Origin: a virus
Direction: 5' to 3' (one strand)
IMG/VR virus record: IMGVR_UViG_3300034121_000940
Coordinates: 32,001-96,000 of that record
Length of the DNA stretch: 64,000 nt
Of this stretch, positions 48,195 through 56,918 are shown piece by piece (position 1 is the first letter of the stretch; the number at the start of each line of letters is the position of its first letter). The position numbers were made by a program, and so were the translations under genes. Under the pieces are notes generated by a model. That model saw only the letters and a list, made by a program, of their open reading frames with translations, made no database searches and was not told where the DNA came from.

Positions 48195-48354
48195 GATGAG
48201 ATGGTGGAATTGGTTAGACACTATCATTTTTTGTGGAAAATAAATGTGAGTATAAGGCGTGGTTAGCTGCCAAAAGCAATACTGAGAGAGGAACTCTTGA
48301 AGCAAAAAATGATAATCCAGACGTGGAATGCAGGTTCAATTCCTGTTCTCATCA
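48195..48354 (+). ncRNA. tRNA-Leu-like RNA with a 74-nt insertion in the anticodon loop
   Basis: GATGAGA/TCTCATC acceptor with A73, Leu-type D arm, TCCA-GACG-TGGA variable arm, GCAGG-TTCAATT-CCTGT T arm. Confidence 0.7.
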
Positions 48355-48416
48355 CTAAATCCTGACACCGCTGTTTACTACAGCTTGAGGTTGACAGCCA
48401 GGAAAGACTGGTAATT

Positions 48417-48470
48417 GGGCGACTACTGAAGTGGATCAGGTGGTGATGGTTCGAGTCCATATGTTGTCCA
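48417..48470 (+). ncRNA. Minimal tRNA-like RNA (acceptor, one hairpin, T arm)
   Basis: GGGCGAC/GTTGTCC-A; CTGA/TCAG hairpin; ATGG-TTCGAGT-CCAT. Confidence 0.45.
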
Positions 48471-48734
48471 CAACTTCGCTGGTTAATGGGAGAGGTTGGT
48501 ATCTTACCGTCTCGCGTTAATGGATTACAGTCTTGAAAGAGTTAAACCTATTTTATAGGCCGTTTTTATTCTGTAAATACTGACACCAACCTCTGCAAGT
48601 TTGAAACAAAACTGTACTGCTTAGAAAGATGGAACCGTATAGGCTTGACCTATGAAGATACACGGAAAAATTGGAGAAAAAGTGTGTATGATGTCCGACA
48701 AGTTTGCCACAGGGTATGTTTTAGCAGGACAATT

Positions 48735-48792
48735 AACCGGTGATTAGATGAATATTTACTTGACATTCATAAACATCTATCACCGGTTTTTT
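48735..48792 (+). terminator. Long intrinsic terminator closing the ncRNA island
   Basis: AACCGGTGAT.AGATG/CATCT.ATCACCGGTT stem plus U6. Confidence 0.7.
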
Positions 48793-48803
48793 AACTTAAA
48801 TTA

Positions 48804-49325
48804 ATGTATATGAAAGTAACAGTAATGTTTGTAATGATTGGAGTATTTACAGCCGGTTTAGTAAGCTTAGGGAAAAGTGATAAAAAAGAAATTAAAGCTG
48901 TAAAGAAAGTGATTAAAGATACTACAGAAGTAGTAGCAGTAGATAGTTCTAAGTTAAATAAAGAACTATTAGTAAGTTATATCTTAAAACAAGATATAAA
49001 ACATCCTGAGATTGCTTATAGTATAGCAATGGGTGAATCAGGAATATGTAGTAATCTATTCAAATCAAACAACAACTTGTTTGGTATGAAACATCCTGGA
49101 ATTAGACCTACAAAGAGTCTAGGTAGAAAAAATGGTTTTGCACATTTTGAGTCTTGGCAACATAGTATACAAGACTACAAGTTATATCTAGAATTTGTTG
49201 GTGGACATATGATGAGTAAGCAACAGTATCTATTACATCTAGATAGAAATTATGCTCACAGAGGATATAGTTCTTATATCAGTAAGTTTTTTGAAGAATT
49301 TTATGCACTGAAAGATCAGTTATGA
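48804..49325 (+). CDS. GH73 glucosaminidase-like cell-wall hydrolase with N-terminal membrane anchor
   Basis: IAMGESG, NNNLFGMK, FAHFESWQHSIQDY and YA motifs; hydrophobic N-terminus. Confidence 0.75.
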   Translation: MYMKVTVMFVMIGVFTAGLVSLGKSDKKEIKAVKKVIKDTTEVVAVDSSKLNKELLVSYILKQDIKHPEIAYSIAMGESGICSNLFKSNNNLFGMKHPGIRPTKSLGRKNGFAHFESWQHSIQDYKLYLEFVGGHMMSKQQYLLHLDRNYAHRGYSSYISKFFEEFYALKDQL

Positions 49326-50203
49326 ATTGGGTTACACAGGTGTCTAGAAAGTCAATGCTTATTAGACCCAGTGGTAGATCTACAGATTATATATCACCGT
49401 CCTTTGGACATGGGTGCTTATATAACTGTAGTTACTGCTACATGAAAAGAAATAAACCTACAGGTTTATCTATTGCTAAAAATCATGGAGATATATTAAC
49501 AGCTATCAGTGACCATGCATGGTTTGCTGATGTGGAAAAACCAAATCAAACACATGAAGAGTATATCACTTATGATATCTCTTGTAATGAAGACTTTGCT
49601 CTGCATGCTAAATACCATCAGTGGGAAAGAATATTTGATTTCTTTACATTACATCCAAGAGCTATGGCATCATTTGCTACTAAGTATGTCAATGAAAAGC
49701 TCTTAACATTTAATCCTCAAGGTAAGGTAAGAATTAGATTCAGCATGATGCCTGAAGAATATAGACAACAGCTTGAACCAGGAACTGATCATATTATTGA
49801 TAGGCTTGCTGCTGTAAGATGGTTTCTTAATGCGGGTTATGAGGTTCATTTAAACTTTAGTCCTGTTATTGTAGAGGAAGGTTTTGAAGGTTGGGGACTA
49901 AAATATGAAAATTTATTTATGGATATTAAAGCAATGGCCTCAATGAATGGTTGGGCTGATAGCAGAGTAAAAGCTGAAGTAATATTCTTAACTCACAATG
50001 TAGATAAGCATTATGCTAATCTTGCTAATAATCTTCCCGGAGAAAGTTTACTTTGGAAACCAAAAATACAAGAGAAGAAAACATCTCAGTATGGAGGTGC
50101 TAACTTGAGGTATAAATATGCTCTTAAAGCACATTATATTGAGGAGTTTAAAAAATTACACCAGGAGATATTACCCTGGAACACAATAAGATATATATTT
50201 TAA
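49322..50203 (+). CDS. Spore photoproduct lyase-like radical SAM protein
   Basis: PSFGHGCLYNCSYCYM (CxxxCxxC), FATK, RIRFSM, LEPGT, GYEVHLNFSPVI and YGG..LRY, as in SplB. Confidence 0.8.
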   Translation: MNWVTQVSRKSMLIRPSGRSTDYISPSFGHGCLYNCSYCYMKRNKPTGLSIAKNHGDILTAISDHAWFADVEKPNQTHEEYITYDISCNEDFALHAKYHQWERIFDFFTLHPRAMASFATKYVNEKLLTFNPQGKVRIRFSMMPEEYRQQLEPGTDHIIDRLAAVRWFLNAGYEVHLNFSPVIVEEGFEGWGLKYENLFMDIKAMASMNGWADSRVKAEVIFLTHNVDKHYANLANNLPGESLLWKPKIQEKKTSQYGGANLRYKYALKAHYIEEFKKLHQEILPWNTIRYIF

Positions 50204-50213
50204 ATTAAAAATT

Positions 50214-50624
50214 ATGAGAGAAAATTTTATAACATATGAACAAGCATTAGCTTTAAAAGAATTAGGGCTTGATGAACCTTGTATAGCTTTTTATAGTGAG
50301 CAAATATTAACCTTCCATACACATGGAATAGACCCTCACTTTATTTTCAAAAAAAATTCAGAACTATGGGGTTCACCTTCAGCACCACTCAAATCACAAG
50401 TCTTCAAGTGGTTTAGAGAGGAACATGGTATATGGGTAACATTTGAATATGATGATTGTGATTGTGTTGAAGCTAATGTATGTTGGTATGTTGGTAAATG
50501 TTTCAGATATGGTATAGGACCATTGTTTCTTACAAATGAATTAAATGACTTTAAAACCTATGAAGAAGCTGAATCAGCTTGTATAGATAAGTTAATATCA
50601 ATCATTAAAGAAAAGAAATCATGA
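50214..50624 (+). CDS. Hypothetical protein (Bacteroidota-phage family)
   Basis: FITYEQALALKELG.DEPC...APL.SQVFKWFRE...TYEEAE. Confidence 0.7.
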   Translation: MRENFITYEQALALKELGLDEPCIAFYSEQILTFHTHGIDPHFIFKKNSELWGSPSAPLKSQVFKWFREEHGIWVTFEYDDCDCVEANVCWYVGKCFRYGIGPLFLTNELNDFKTYEEAESACIDKLISIIKEKKS

Positions 50625-50809
50625 CACCAGATACAACACTTATAATTAGTAAAACTTTATTGCAAGTAGAATATAGAACTTTGTCAAAAGTAAGAGAAAA
50701 ATTTCCAAAAAAATCTAATCATAAAGCTGTTGTCTATGTTGAAAAGGAAATGACAAGAGTTCTTAATGAGATAGATTTTATTAACCAACAATTAAATTTA
50801 AAATCATGA
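50621..50809 (+). CDS. Hypothetical protein
   Basis: 62-aa ORF, ATGA-coupled. Confidence 0.55.
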   Translation: MTPDTTLIISKTLLQVEYRTLSKVREKFPKKSNHKAVVYVEKEMTRVLNEIDFINQQLNLKS

Positions 50810-50994
50810 GTAATATACACACTGATTATCTTCAAGGTTTTATTAACCAATTTGGTGATGGTGAACTTGGAGAACTTAACCCACAAGAATGGGATGTATT
50901 GCAATTCTTAAAATGGTTAAAACTAAATAATTTTAAAATAATTAAAAGAAATCATGAAAAACATACATATACTCCCAACAACGCAACCAAGTAG
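50806..50994 (+). CDS. Hypothetical protein
   Basis: 62-aa ORF, ATGA-coupled. Confidence 0.55.
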   Translation: MSNIHTDYLQGFINQFGDGELGELNPQEWDVLQFLKWLKLNNFKIIKRNHEKHTYTPNNATK

Positions 50995-51742
50995 GTTAGT
51001 TAAAAACTTAAAAGGTATATTTAGCTTAATGAAAGAGTCATTAGAAGTAGGAGGTGCTATTTGTAACATAAATATCTACATCACTTCTGAAAATGAAAAC
51101 ATAAATGAAAATGATTATGTGATGACAAGAGATGGTGAATTAATACAGGTTGATTACTTGTTAAGCCCCTATGTGCAAAATTCAAATAAAGTAATTTTAA
51201 CAACAAATACAACTCTAATTGAAGATGGTGTTCAAGCTATTGATGATGAGTTCTTGGAATGGTTTGTTAAGAATCATACTTGTGATTTTGTTGAAGTCGA
51301 ATTAGAGTGTTTTTACCAAGGAAAATGTGTGAAAGAAAGATGTTTAACATATTGTTGTGATGAAAAACAATACAAAATCATCATACCACAAGAAGAACCT
51401 AAACAAGATTGTACTTGTGGTGTATGTAATGAATGTGAAGAACAAGAAACTATTCAAATTCTAAATGAAGCAAAAGAAAATGCTTTAAAACAATCTACAT
51501 TAGAAGAAGCTGCTAAAGAATTTTATCCACCTACAACTACAGATTTAATATGCTCTCCAAAATTAGTTAGAGATGCATTTATAGCAGGTGCTAAATTCCA
51601 AGCTGAAAGAATGTATGCTGAAGCAGATAACATTATGAGGTTTTTAGATACAGAAGTAGAGTTGAAGCTTTCAGATACAAAAACTATTGAAAGAATAAAA
51701 TGGTATTTTGAAACATATTTTGAACAATTTAAAAAGAAATAG
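50954..51742 (+). CDS. Hypothetical mosaic protein (Flavobacteria-phage family)
   Basis: MKNIHILPT.QPSRL, KVILTT...GVQAIDDEFLEWFVKN and TLEEAA...FIAGAK.QAERMY modules. Confidence 0.7.
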   Translation: MKNIHILPTTQPSRLVKNLKGIFSLMKESLEVGGAICNINIYITSENENINENDYVMTRDGELIQVDYLLSPYVQNSNKVILTTNTTLIEDGVQAIDDEFLEWFVKNHTCDFVEVELECFYQGKCVKERCLTYCCDEKQYKIIIPQEEPKQDCTCGVCNECEEQETIQILNEAKENALKQSTLEEAAKEFYPPTTTDLICSPKLVRDAFIAGAKFQAERMYAEADNIMRFLDTEVELKLSDTKTIERIKWYFETYFEQFKKK

Positions 51743-51935
51743 TATGGAACAAGTTGTTAGTAAAAGATCTAGATATATCTTTTTACATAAAGGAACTAAA
51801 GCTAAACTAGAATTTGAAGCAGAAACTGATCATGAAGCTATTATGACATTAGGAAAATTATGTCAGACTGTTATGGATTGGACTATGAGAAAACATGGGC
51901 TTAGCAAGAGTAAAAAAAATAAACTGTTAAGATGA
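51708..51935 (+). CDS. Hypothetical protein
   Basis: Short ORF in a packed operon. Confidence 0.5.
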   Translation: MKHILNNLKRNSMEQVVSKRSRYIFLHKGTKAKLEFEAETDHEAIMTLGKLCQTVMDWTMRKHGLSKSKKNKLLR

Positions 51936-52228
51936 ATAAATTAATGGTGATATTGTGTTTTATGTCTTTCACTGGAAAGAATGACTTAGTAATAAACTCT
52001 GAAGTTAATTCTTGTGACAAATACAGAAATATAAAAATTATATTTATAAACTGTAATAATCAGAATAGTGATGAGTTTATTACTAGTTGTAGAATAGAGG
52101 ACAAGAAAATAATTGTTCCAGGTATTTTAAATTATGCTAGTTTTAAAAAGTCATATGAAAGTGCTGATTACATGAAGATTAAATTGTTAAGAGGTAGTAT
52201 TTGTGAAGAACAAATAATAAAGCTATGA
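51932..52228 (+). CDS. Hypothetical protein
   Basis: 98-aa coupled ORF. Confidence 0.55.
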   Translation: MNKLMVILCFMSFTGKNDLVINSEVNSCDKYRNIKIIFINCNNQNSDEFITSCRIEDKKIIVPGILNYASFKKSYESADYMKIKLLRGSICEEQIIKL

Positions 52229-52566
52229 AACTAAAACTAAAAGATTTAGACCAAAAATCTCTAAAAAAAATGAATACTATTCATTTAACTAAACTACTAA
52301 TAAGTTGTCCTAAAGATAGTGTACAGTTTAGAATCATATGGAATATCTTGCAAAAGAGAAGAAATATGGTTGAGAACTTCTCTAAGAAAGCTCTTGAACA
52401 AGTGCAAAAAGAGTACAAAGAAAGTTTAGAAAAAAATAAAATACACTTTGGTTACAAAAATGTAGAGTATTTTACTGAAGAAGAAATGATTAATGGTTAT
52501 GTGGTACCGAAATATGAGGAACTTAGTCCTGAAGAAAAAGAAATTTATGACAAAGAAGAAAGCTAG
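52225..52566 (+). CDS. Hypothetical protein
   Basis: 113-aa coupled ORF. Confidence 0.6.
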   Translation: MKLKLKDLDQKSLKKMNTIHLTKLLISCPKDSVQFRIIWNILQKRRNMVENFSKKALEQVQKEYKESLEKNKIHFGYKNVEYFTEEEMINGYVVPKYEELSPEEKEIYDKEES

Positions 52567-52732
52567 AAAGTCTGATTATATCTGCTCTAAGTGTGGAGTA
52601 GACTATCTTACACAAGAACAGAAAGATAAAGCACGGATTTGCACATTCTTTCTTGGAACATGTGGTTTATGTAATGAGCATGCTGCTATTACACACATTA
52701 GAAATTATAATTATTTAAATAAAAAAGAATGA
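52493..52732 (+). CDS. Small zinc-finger protein
   Basis: CSKCG...GTCGLC. Confidence 0.55.
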   Translation: MVMWYRNMRNLVLKKKKFMTKKKARKSDYICSKCGVDYLTQEQKDKARICTFFLGTCGLCNEHAAITHIRNYNYLNKKE

Positions 52733-52971
52733 AAGCAACATTTGTGTTTGATATGAATGATCCAGAGGATATGATGGATCATAAAAGAATGAGTAATGCT
52801 CTTGGTATGGCTTTAGTACTATGGGAACTAAAAGTCAATGTCAAAAAGAAAATGGAGAATATACTTGATACTGATAATTTATCAGGTCAAGAAACTCTAG
52901 ATAGAGTATTTGAAATGATTGGAGAATTAATGGAAGACCAGGGTCTGAATATGGAAAATTTAATACAATAA
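52729..52971 (+). CDS. Hypothetical protein
   Basis: MKATFVFDMNDPED phage motif. Confidence 0.65.
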   Translation: MKATFVFDMNDPEDMMDHKRMSNALGMALVLWELKVNVKKKMENILDTDNLSGQETLDRVFEMIGELMEDQGLNMENLIQ

Positions 52972-52975
52972 AGTT

Positions 52976-53170
52976 ATGGTAAGTAATATATCTGAAACTG
53001 ATGTGGTAGTAGTAGCTAATAGCATTAGAAAAAAATTAACTACAGAACAAGTTAACAAAGTAATTTTAATGTATCCACATGAAGAAGAATGTGATGCAAC
53101 AGGTACTTGGAATTTAATTGTTGAAAACTGTATATACCAAGTACTACGTGATGAAGAAGTTGTTCTATAG
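52976..53170 (+). CDS. Hypothetical protein
   Basis: 64-aa ORF. Confidence 0.55.
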   Translation: MVSNISETDVVVVANSIRKKLTTEQVNKVILMYPHEEECDATGTWNLIVENCIYQVLRDEEVVL

Positions 53171-53205
53171 GATAGCTGAAGAATGCCAGTTAATAATATT
53201 ATTGA

Positions 53206-53640
53206 TTGTATATGGGCAAGAGTAATATAAGTGCTGATGTTGGTAAAGAAATACTGTATTTAGCAAAAGAACTTGTTAAAGAGCACATGATTATATCACA
53301 ATTTGTAAATACTGATGTAAATTACATTTTGTTTAAACACCAAGTAAATATACATTCACCCAGATATGATTTTCTTAATAAGAAAGAATGGTTGTTTGTA
53401 TTTAAGCTTGAGCTTAATTTATTACAGTTTCTAGAAATAATTAGTGAAGATGAAAATAACAGAATGTTTGATATGTTACAGTCTGATGAAGATAATATTT
53501 ACATGGCTGTGCTAAGCTTAAAACAATTTGTTAACCAAAAAAAAGAAGTAAAACCTATTGTTAAAGTCTGGTCAAAAGAAGAATATTTTAAGCTTGCAAC
53601 ACCAGAACTAATGATGTTTAAAATGAAAAACAAATTATGA
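53206..53640 (+). CDS. Hypothetical protein
   Basis: 144-aa ORF. Confidence 0.6.
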   Translation: MYMGKSNISADVGKEILYLAKELVKEHMIISQFVNTDVNYILFKHQVNIHSPRYDFLNKKEWLFVFKLELNLLQFLEIISEDENNRMFDMLQSDEDNIYMAVLSLKQFVNQKKEVKPIVKVWSKEEYFKLATPELMMFKMKNKL

Positions 53641-53894
53641 CAGAGCAAGATTTAATAGATGCAGGCTTTGAGAAAGTTCATGTATCTAAAGAAGATAGTG
53701 GAGATGATGAAGATTACAGTTATTACCTTCTTGAAGTTACTGAAGGTATTACATTAGTATCTGATTCACCTGTTGAAAATAATGGAGATAGTTGGTCTGT
53801 GCATTCTTTTGAATTAGATAAAGTGCTCATAGTAGAAGCAGACCATTTAATTTACTTTCTTAATGCATTAAAATTATGTACACTGGCAAACTAG
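53637..53894 (+). CDS. Acidic hypothetical protein
   Basis: MTEQDLIDAGFEK. Confidence 0.65.
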   Translation: MTEQDLIDAGFEKVHVSKEDSGDDEDYSYYLLEVTEGITLVSDSPVENNGDSWSVHSFELDKVLIVEADHLIYFLNALKLCTLAN

Positions 53895-54250
53895 TTAAGA
53901 AAGATGGTAAGCTTACATATGCCCATCCGAAGGATAAGTTAGCTTATGAACTGTTTCTACAGAAAATTCCTGAAGGGCAGGAAGTAGAAATGTATATTGA
54001 TCTTGCTAATGCAGATCATAGCAGAGCACAGATTAATAAAGTGCATGCTTGTATTAGAGAGTTAGCCAAAGAATCTGGCTATACTTTTGAAGAAATGAAG
54101 AAGATTGTGAAAGAAAGATCTGGTCTTTGTTACACAGACTCAGAAGGTGAGTATTGCAAATCATTTGCAGAGTGTACCAAAGACCAAATCATGTTAAGTA
54201 TTGAAGCTTGTATAGAAATAGGTGTAGAATTAAATGTTAATCTTCAGTAG
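53876..54250 (+). CDS. NinB/YbcN-like protein (tentative)
   Basis: SRAQINKVHACIRELAKESG.TFEEMK...KSF..CTK..I resembles the NinB/DUF1367 pattern. Confidence 0.45.
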   Translation: MYTGKLVKKDGKLTYAHPKDKLAYELFLQKIPEGQEVEMYIDLANADHSRAQINKVHACIRELAKESGYTFEEMKKIVKERSGLCYTDSEGEYCKSFAECTKDQIMLSIEACIEIGVELNVNLQ

Positions 54251-54547
54251 GAGCAACATAACCTTCATCTCCGGGTTCAAGTACATCAGTTTCAACATAC
54301 AGATTTTGATTTTTAGCTTGTAATTCTATTTCAGCTATTAACAATGTCATAGTTTTAACAAGTTTTTGATCATCATCAAGTTCATCATAACTTTTTGAAC
54401 CAATGTTATTAAAGTATTCTTGTGATGGGTTGTTTTTCATCATGTTATTAATTAAATAAAAAATACCCATTTTTACCATTAAATAATAACCTTTACTAAC
54501 TTGTATTTGCACTAAAGCATTTTCTTTTAACTCTTTTGCTTTGATCA
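54237..54547 (-). CDS. Hypothetical protein on the opposite strand
   Basis: ~103-aa ORF (MIKAKELKEN...) filling a plus-strand gap. Confidence 0.65.
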
Positions 54548-54580
54548 TTGGTTTTTAAATTTAAATTACAATGTAAAAAT

Positions 54581-55303
54581 ATGAAACAAAAATTAGAAAT
54601 TGATAAAATAAGAGACAGAATCTATGAAGATTTACAACCTTCTGGTTGGGGAAGAGTATTAAGAACATTTATTTATAGTTCTGATTTTGATAATATTTTG
54701 CATAGTCTTGTAGTAGAAGTAAATGCAGGAAACAGATTTACACCACCTCTCAAAGATGTATTCAGAGCATTTAAAGAATGTCCATATGAAGAACTTAAAG
54801 TTGTGATTGTAGGTCAAGATCCCTATCCATCTATTGACACAGCCGATGGTATTGCATTTAGTTGTAGTAAGAGTAAGACACCGGGGCAAATACAACCTAG
54901 TTTAAAGTTTATGTTACAAGAAGTAAACAGAACTGTTTATAATGGTGAATATGTTAGTTACAATCCTGATTTAGCAAGATGGTCAAATCAAGGTATATTA
55001 ATGCTTAATACTGCTCTTACAACACAAATAGGTAAGATTGGTAAACATTATGAAATCTGGAAACCTTTACTAAACTATTTATTTGACTATTTAAAACTTT
55101 ACAATCCTGGTTTAGTATACATCTTTATGGGAAAAGAAGCAAAAAATTGGGAAGATACTGTAGGAGAAACTTGTCACAAGTATTTTTGCTCACATCCTGC
55201 ATCAGCTGTTTATAACACTAAACAAGTTTGGGATTGTAATAATGTTTTCAACAATACATCTGAAATTGTAAAAGAATTACATAATTTTGATATTATTTGG
55301 TAA
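54581..55303 (+). CDS. ung: Uracil-DNA glycosylase (family 1)
   Basis: KVVIVGQDPY, ADGIAFS, QGILMLNTALT and SHPAS motifs. Confidence 0.9.
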   Translation: MKQKLEIDKIRDRIYEDLQPSGWGRVLRTFIYSSDFDNILHSLVVEVNAGNRFTPPLKDVFRAFKECPYEELKVVIVGQDPYPSIDTADGIAFSCSKSKTPGQIQPSLKFMLQEVNRTVYNGEYVSYNPDLARWSNQGILMLNTALTTQIGKIGKHYEIWKPLLNYLFDYLKLYNPGLVYIFMGKEAKNWEDTVGETCHKYFCSHPASAVYNTKQVWDCNNVFNNTSEIVKELHNFDIIW

Positions 55304-55890
55304 TGGTAGAGATATTTAATAGACTGATAAAAGAGGATCTAATGCCTAATACATACTATGTATTGCATTGTCTAAAAGAAAAGGTTGTCCCTAATAAATT
55401 TGTTAACAAAGATCTAGAAATCAGTAGATTAAAAGCTGGTGATTGGCTTACAGATGATTTGGTATTAACAGCAAAAAGTCTTATATTTACCGATGAAATC
55501 AACAGTTTCTTTAAGAAAACTAAGAAAAAAACAGTTAGTGAACTAATGGGTGAGAACTACATTGACATGATGTTAGAGTATTTGGAAATCTTTCCAAACA
55601 AAAAACTAAATTCAGGTAAACCTGCTAGAGTAAATGTAAAAAACTTAGAAGGAGCATTTAAATGGTTCTTTGAGACTTATGATTATGATTGGAAAGTAAT
55701 ATTAATGGCAACTGAAAAATATGTATCTGAATATGAAGCTAAAAGGTATGAATACATGAGAAATTCACAATATTTTATCCGCAAACAGAACTTGGATAAG
55801 TCTTATGAGTCAGATCTGGCTACATATTGTGAACTAGTAGTATCTGGTGCAGATGAAGTTCCTACTTATTTTAGGGACAACATAGTGTGA
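55297..55890 (+). CDS. Hypothetical replication-module protein
   Basis: 197 aa immediately upstream of DnaB. Confidence 0.55.
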   Translation: MVMVEIFNRLIKEDLMPNTYYVLHCLKEKVVPNKFVNKDLEISRLKAGDWLTDDLVLTAKSLIFTDEINSFFKKTKKKTVSELMGENYIDMMLEYLEIFPNKKLNSGKPARVNVKNLEGAFKWFFETYDYDWKVILMATEKYVSEYEAKRYEYMRNSQYFIRKQNLDKSYESDLATYCELVVSGADEVPTYFRDNIV

Positions 55891-55910
55891 TCAATTTTTA
55901 AAATCCACAT

Positions 55911-56918
55911 ATGTCAAATTTATTTAATGGAGCAAGACCTTTGCTACCTGTTAGTGAAAGGCAGTCCGTAGAAAAAGCTATTTTTAAAATTAGAGCCAGG
56001 AGACAAGGTACATTAAAATCCTTAAAGAGTGCCTGGCCTAAATTTAATGATGCTTTCTGTGATGGTCTTGAATGGAGAACAATAACCGTAGTTGGTGCCA
56101 GACCTGGAACTGGTAAAACTTTATTTATGGAGCAGTTAATAACTGATATTATTGCAAACAATAATGACCAATATTTTAGAGTTTTGAAGTTTCAGATGGA
56201 GATGGTAGATGAAACTAGCGGTGTAAGAAAACTGAGTCTGATTACAAGTGCTGATTACAACACATTAATGAGTAAGGACGGAAAACTTGTAGATAAGAGA
56301 ATCTATGATGAATGCGTTAGGTATTACCAAGGAATGCAAGCAATGGATAGAATTAATGTTATCTATGATGCATGTACTGTGGATGAAATGTGTGCAACAA
56401 TACATTATGAAATGGAGAAGTACAAAAATGATGATGGTACTTTTAATAATATGTTAGTTGCAATAGATCACTCTGCATTATTTAAAGTTGGTAAGGGACA
56501 GAAAGACAAATTTGATATGCTAGGAAGCTTAGGTGAGGCTCTCACTATGATGAAAAAGAAATATCCTATAGCATTTATTGTATTAAGTCAGCTTAACAGA
56601 AACATAGATGATCCTAAAAGACAAGAAGAAGGTACTTATGGTAATTATGTGCTAGATTCTGATATTTACGGGTCTGATGCTTTACTACAACATGCTGATG
56701 TGGTTATGGGTATTAATAAACCTTCTGTAAGAAAGTTAAGGTTATATGGTCCTGAGAAATTTATTATTCAGGATGAAGATATTCTAGTGTTTCATTTCCT
56801 TAAATCAAGGAATGGTACTACTAGGATTAGCTTCTTTAAACTTGATAGAACTACTATGAGGATTATAGAAGTACCAACACCCCCAACAGCAACTAAACCA
56901 AAAATTTCAACAGTATGA
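55911..56918 (+). CDS. dnaB: DnaB-like replicative helicase
   Basis: GARPGTGKT, FQMEM, IDH, LSQLNR, SDIYGSDALLQHADVV and KSRNG. Confidence 0.9.
   Translation: MSNLFNGARPLLPVSERQSVEKAIFKIRARRQGTLKSLKSAWPKFNDAFCDGLEWRTITVVGARPGTGKTLFMEQLITDIIANNNDQYFRVLKFQMEMVDETSGVRKLSLITSADYNTLMSKDGKLVDKRIYDECVRYYQGMQAMDRINVIYDACTVDEMCATIHYEMEKYKNDDGTFNNMLVAIDHSALFKVGKGQKDKFDMLGSLGEALTMMKKKYPIAFIVLSQLNRNIDDPKRQEEGTYGNYVLDSDIYGSDALLQHADVVMGINKPSVRKLRLYGPEKFIIQDEDILVFHFLKSRNGTTRISFFKLDRTTMRIIEVPTPPTATKPKISTV

Noticed and set aside
48195-48470. Complete tmRNA or canonical functional tRNAs
   Set aside because: No tag reading frame or pseudoknot series between matching tmRNA ends, and neither element has a normal 7-nt anticodon loop as encoded.
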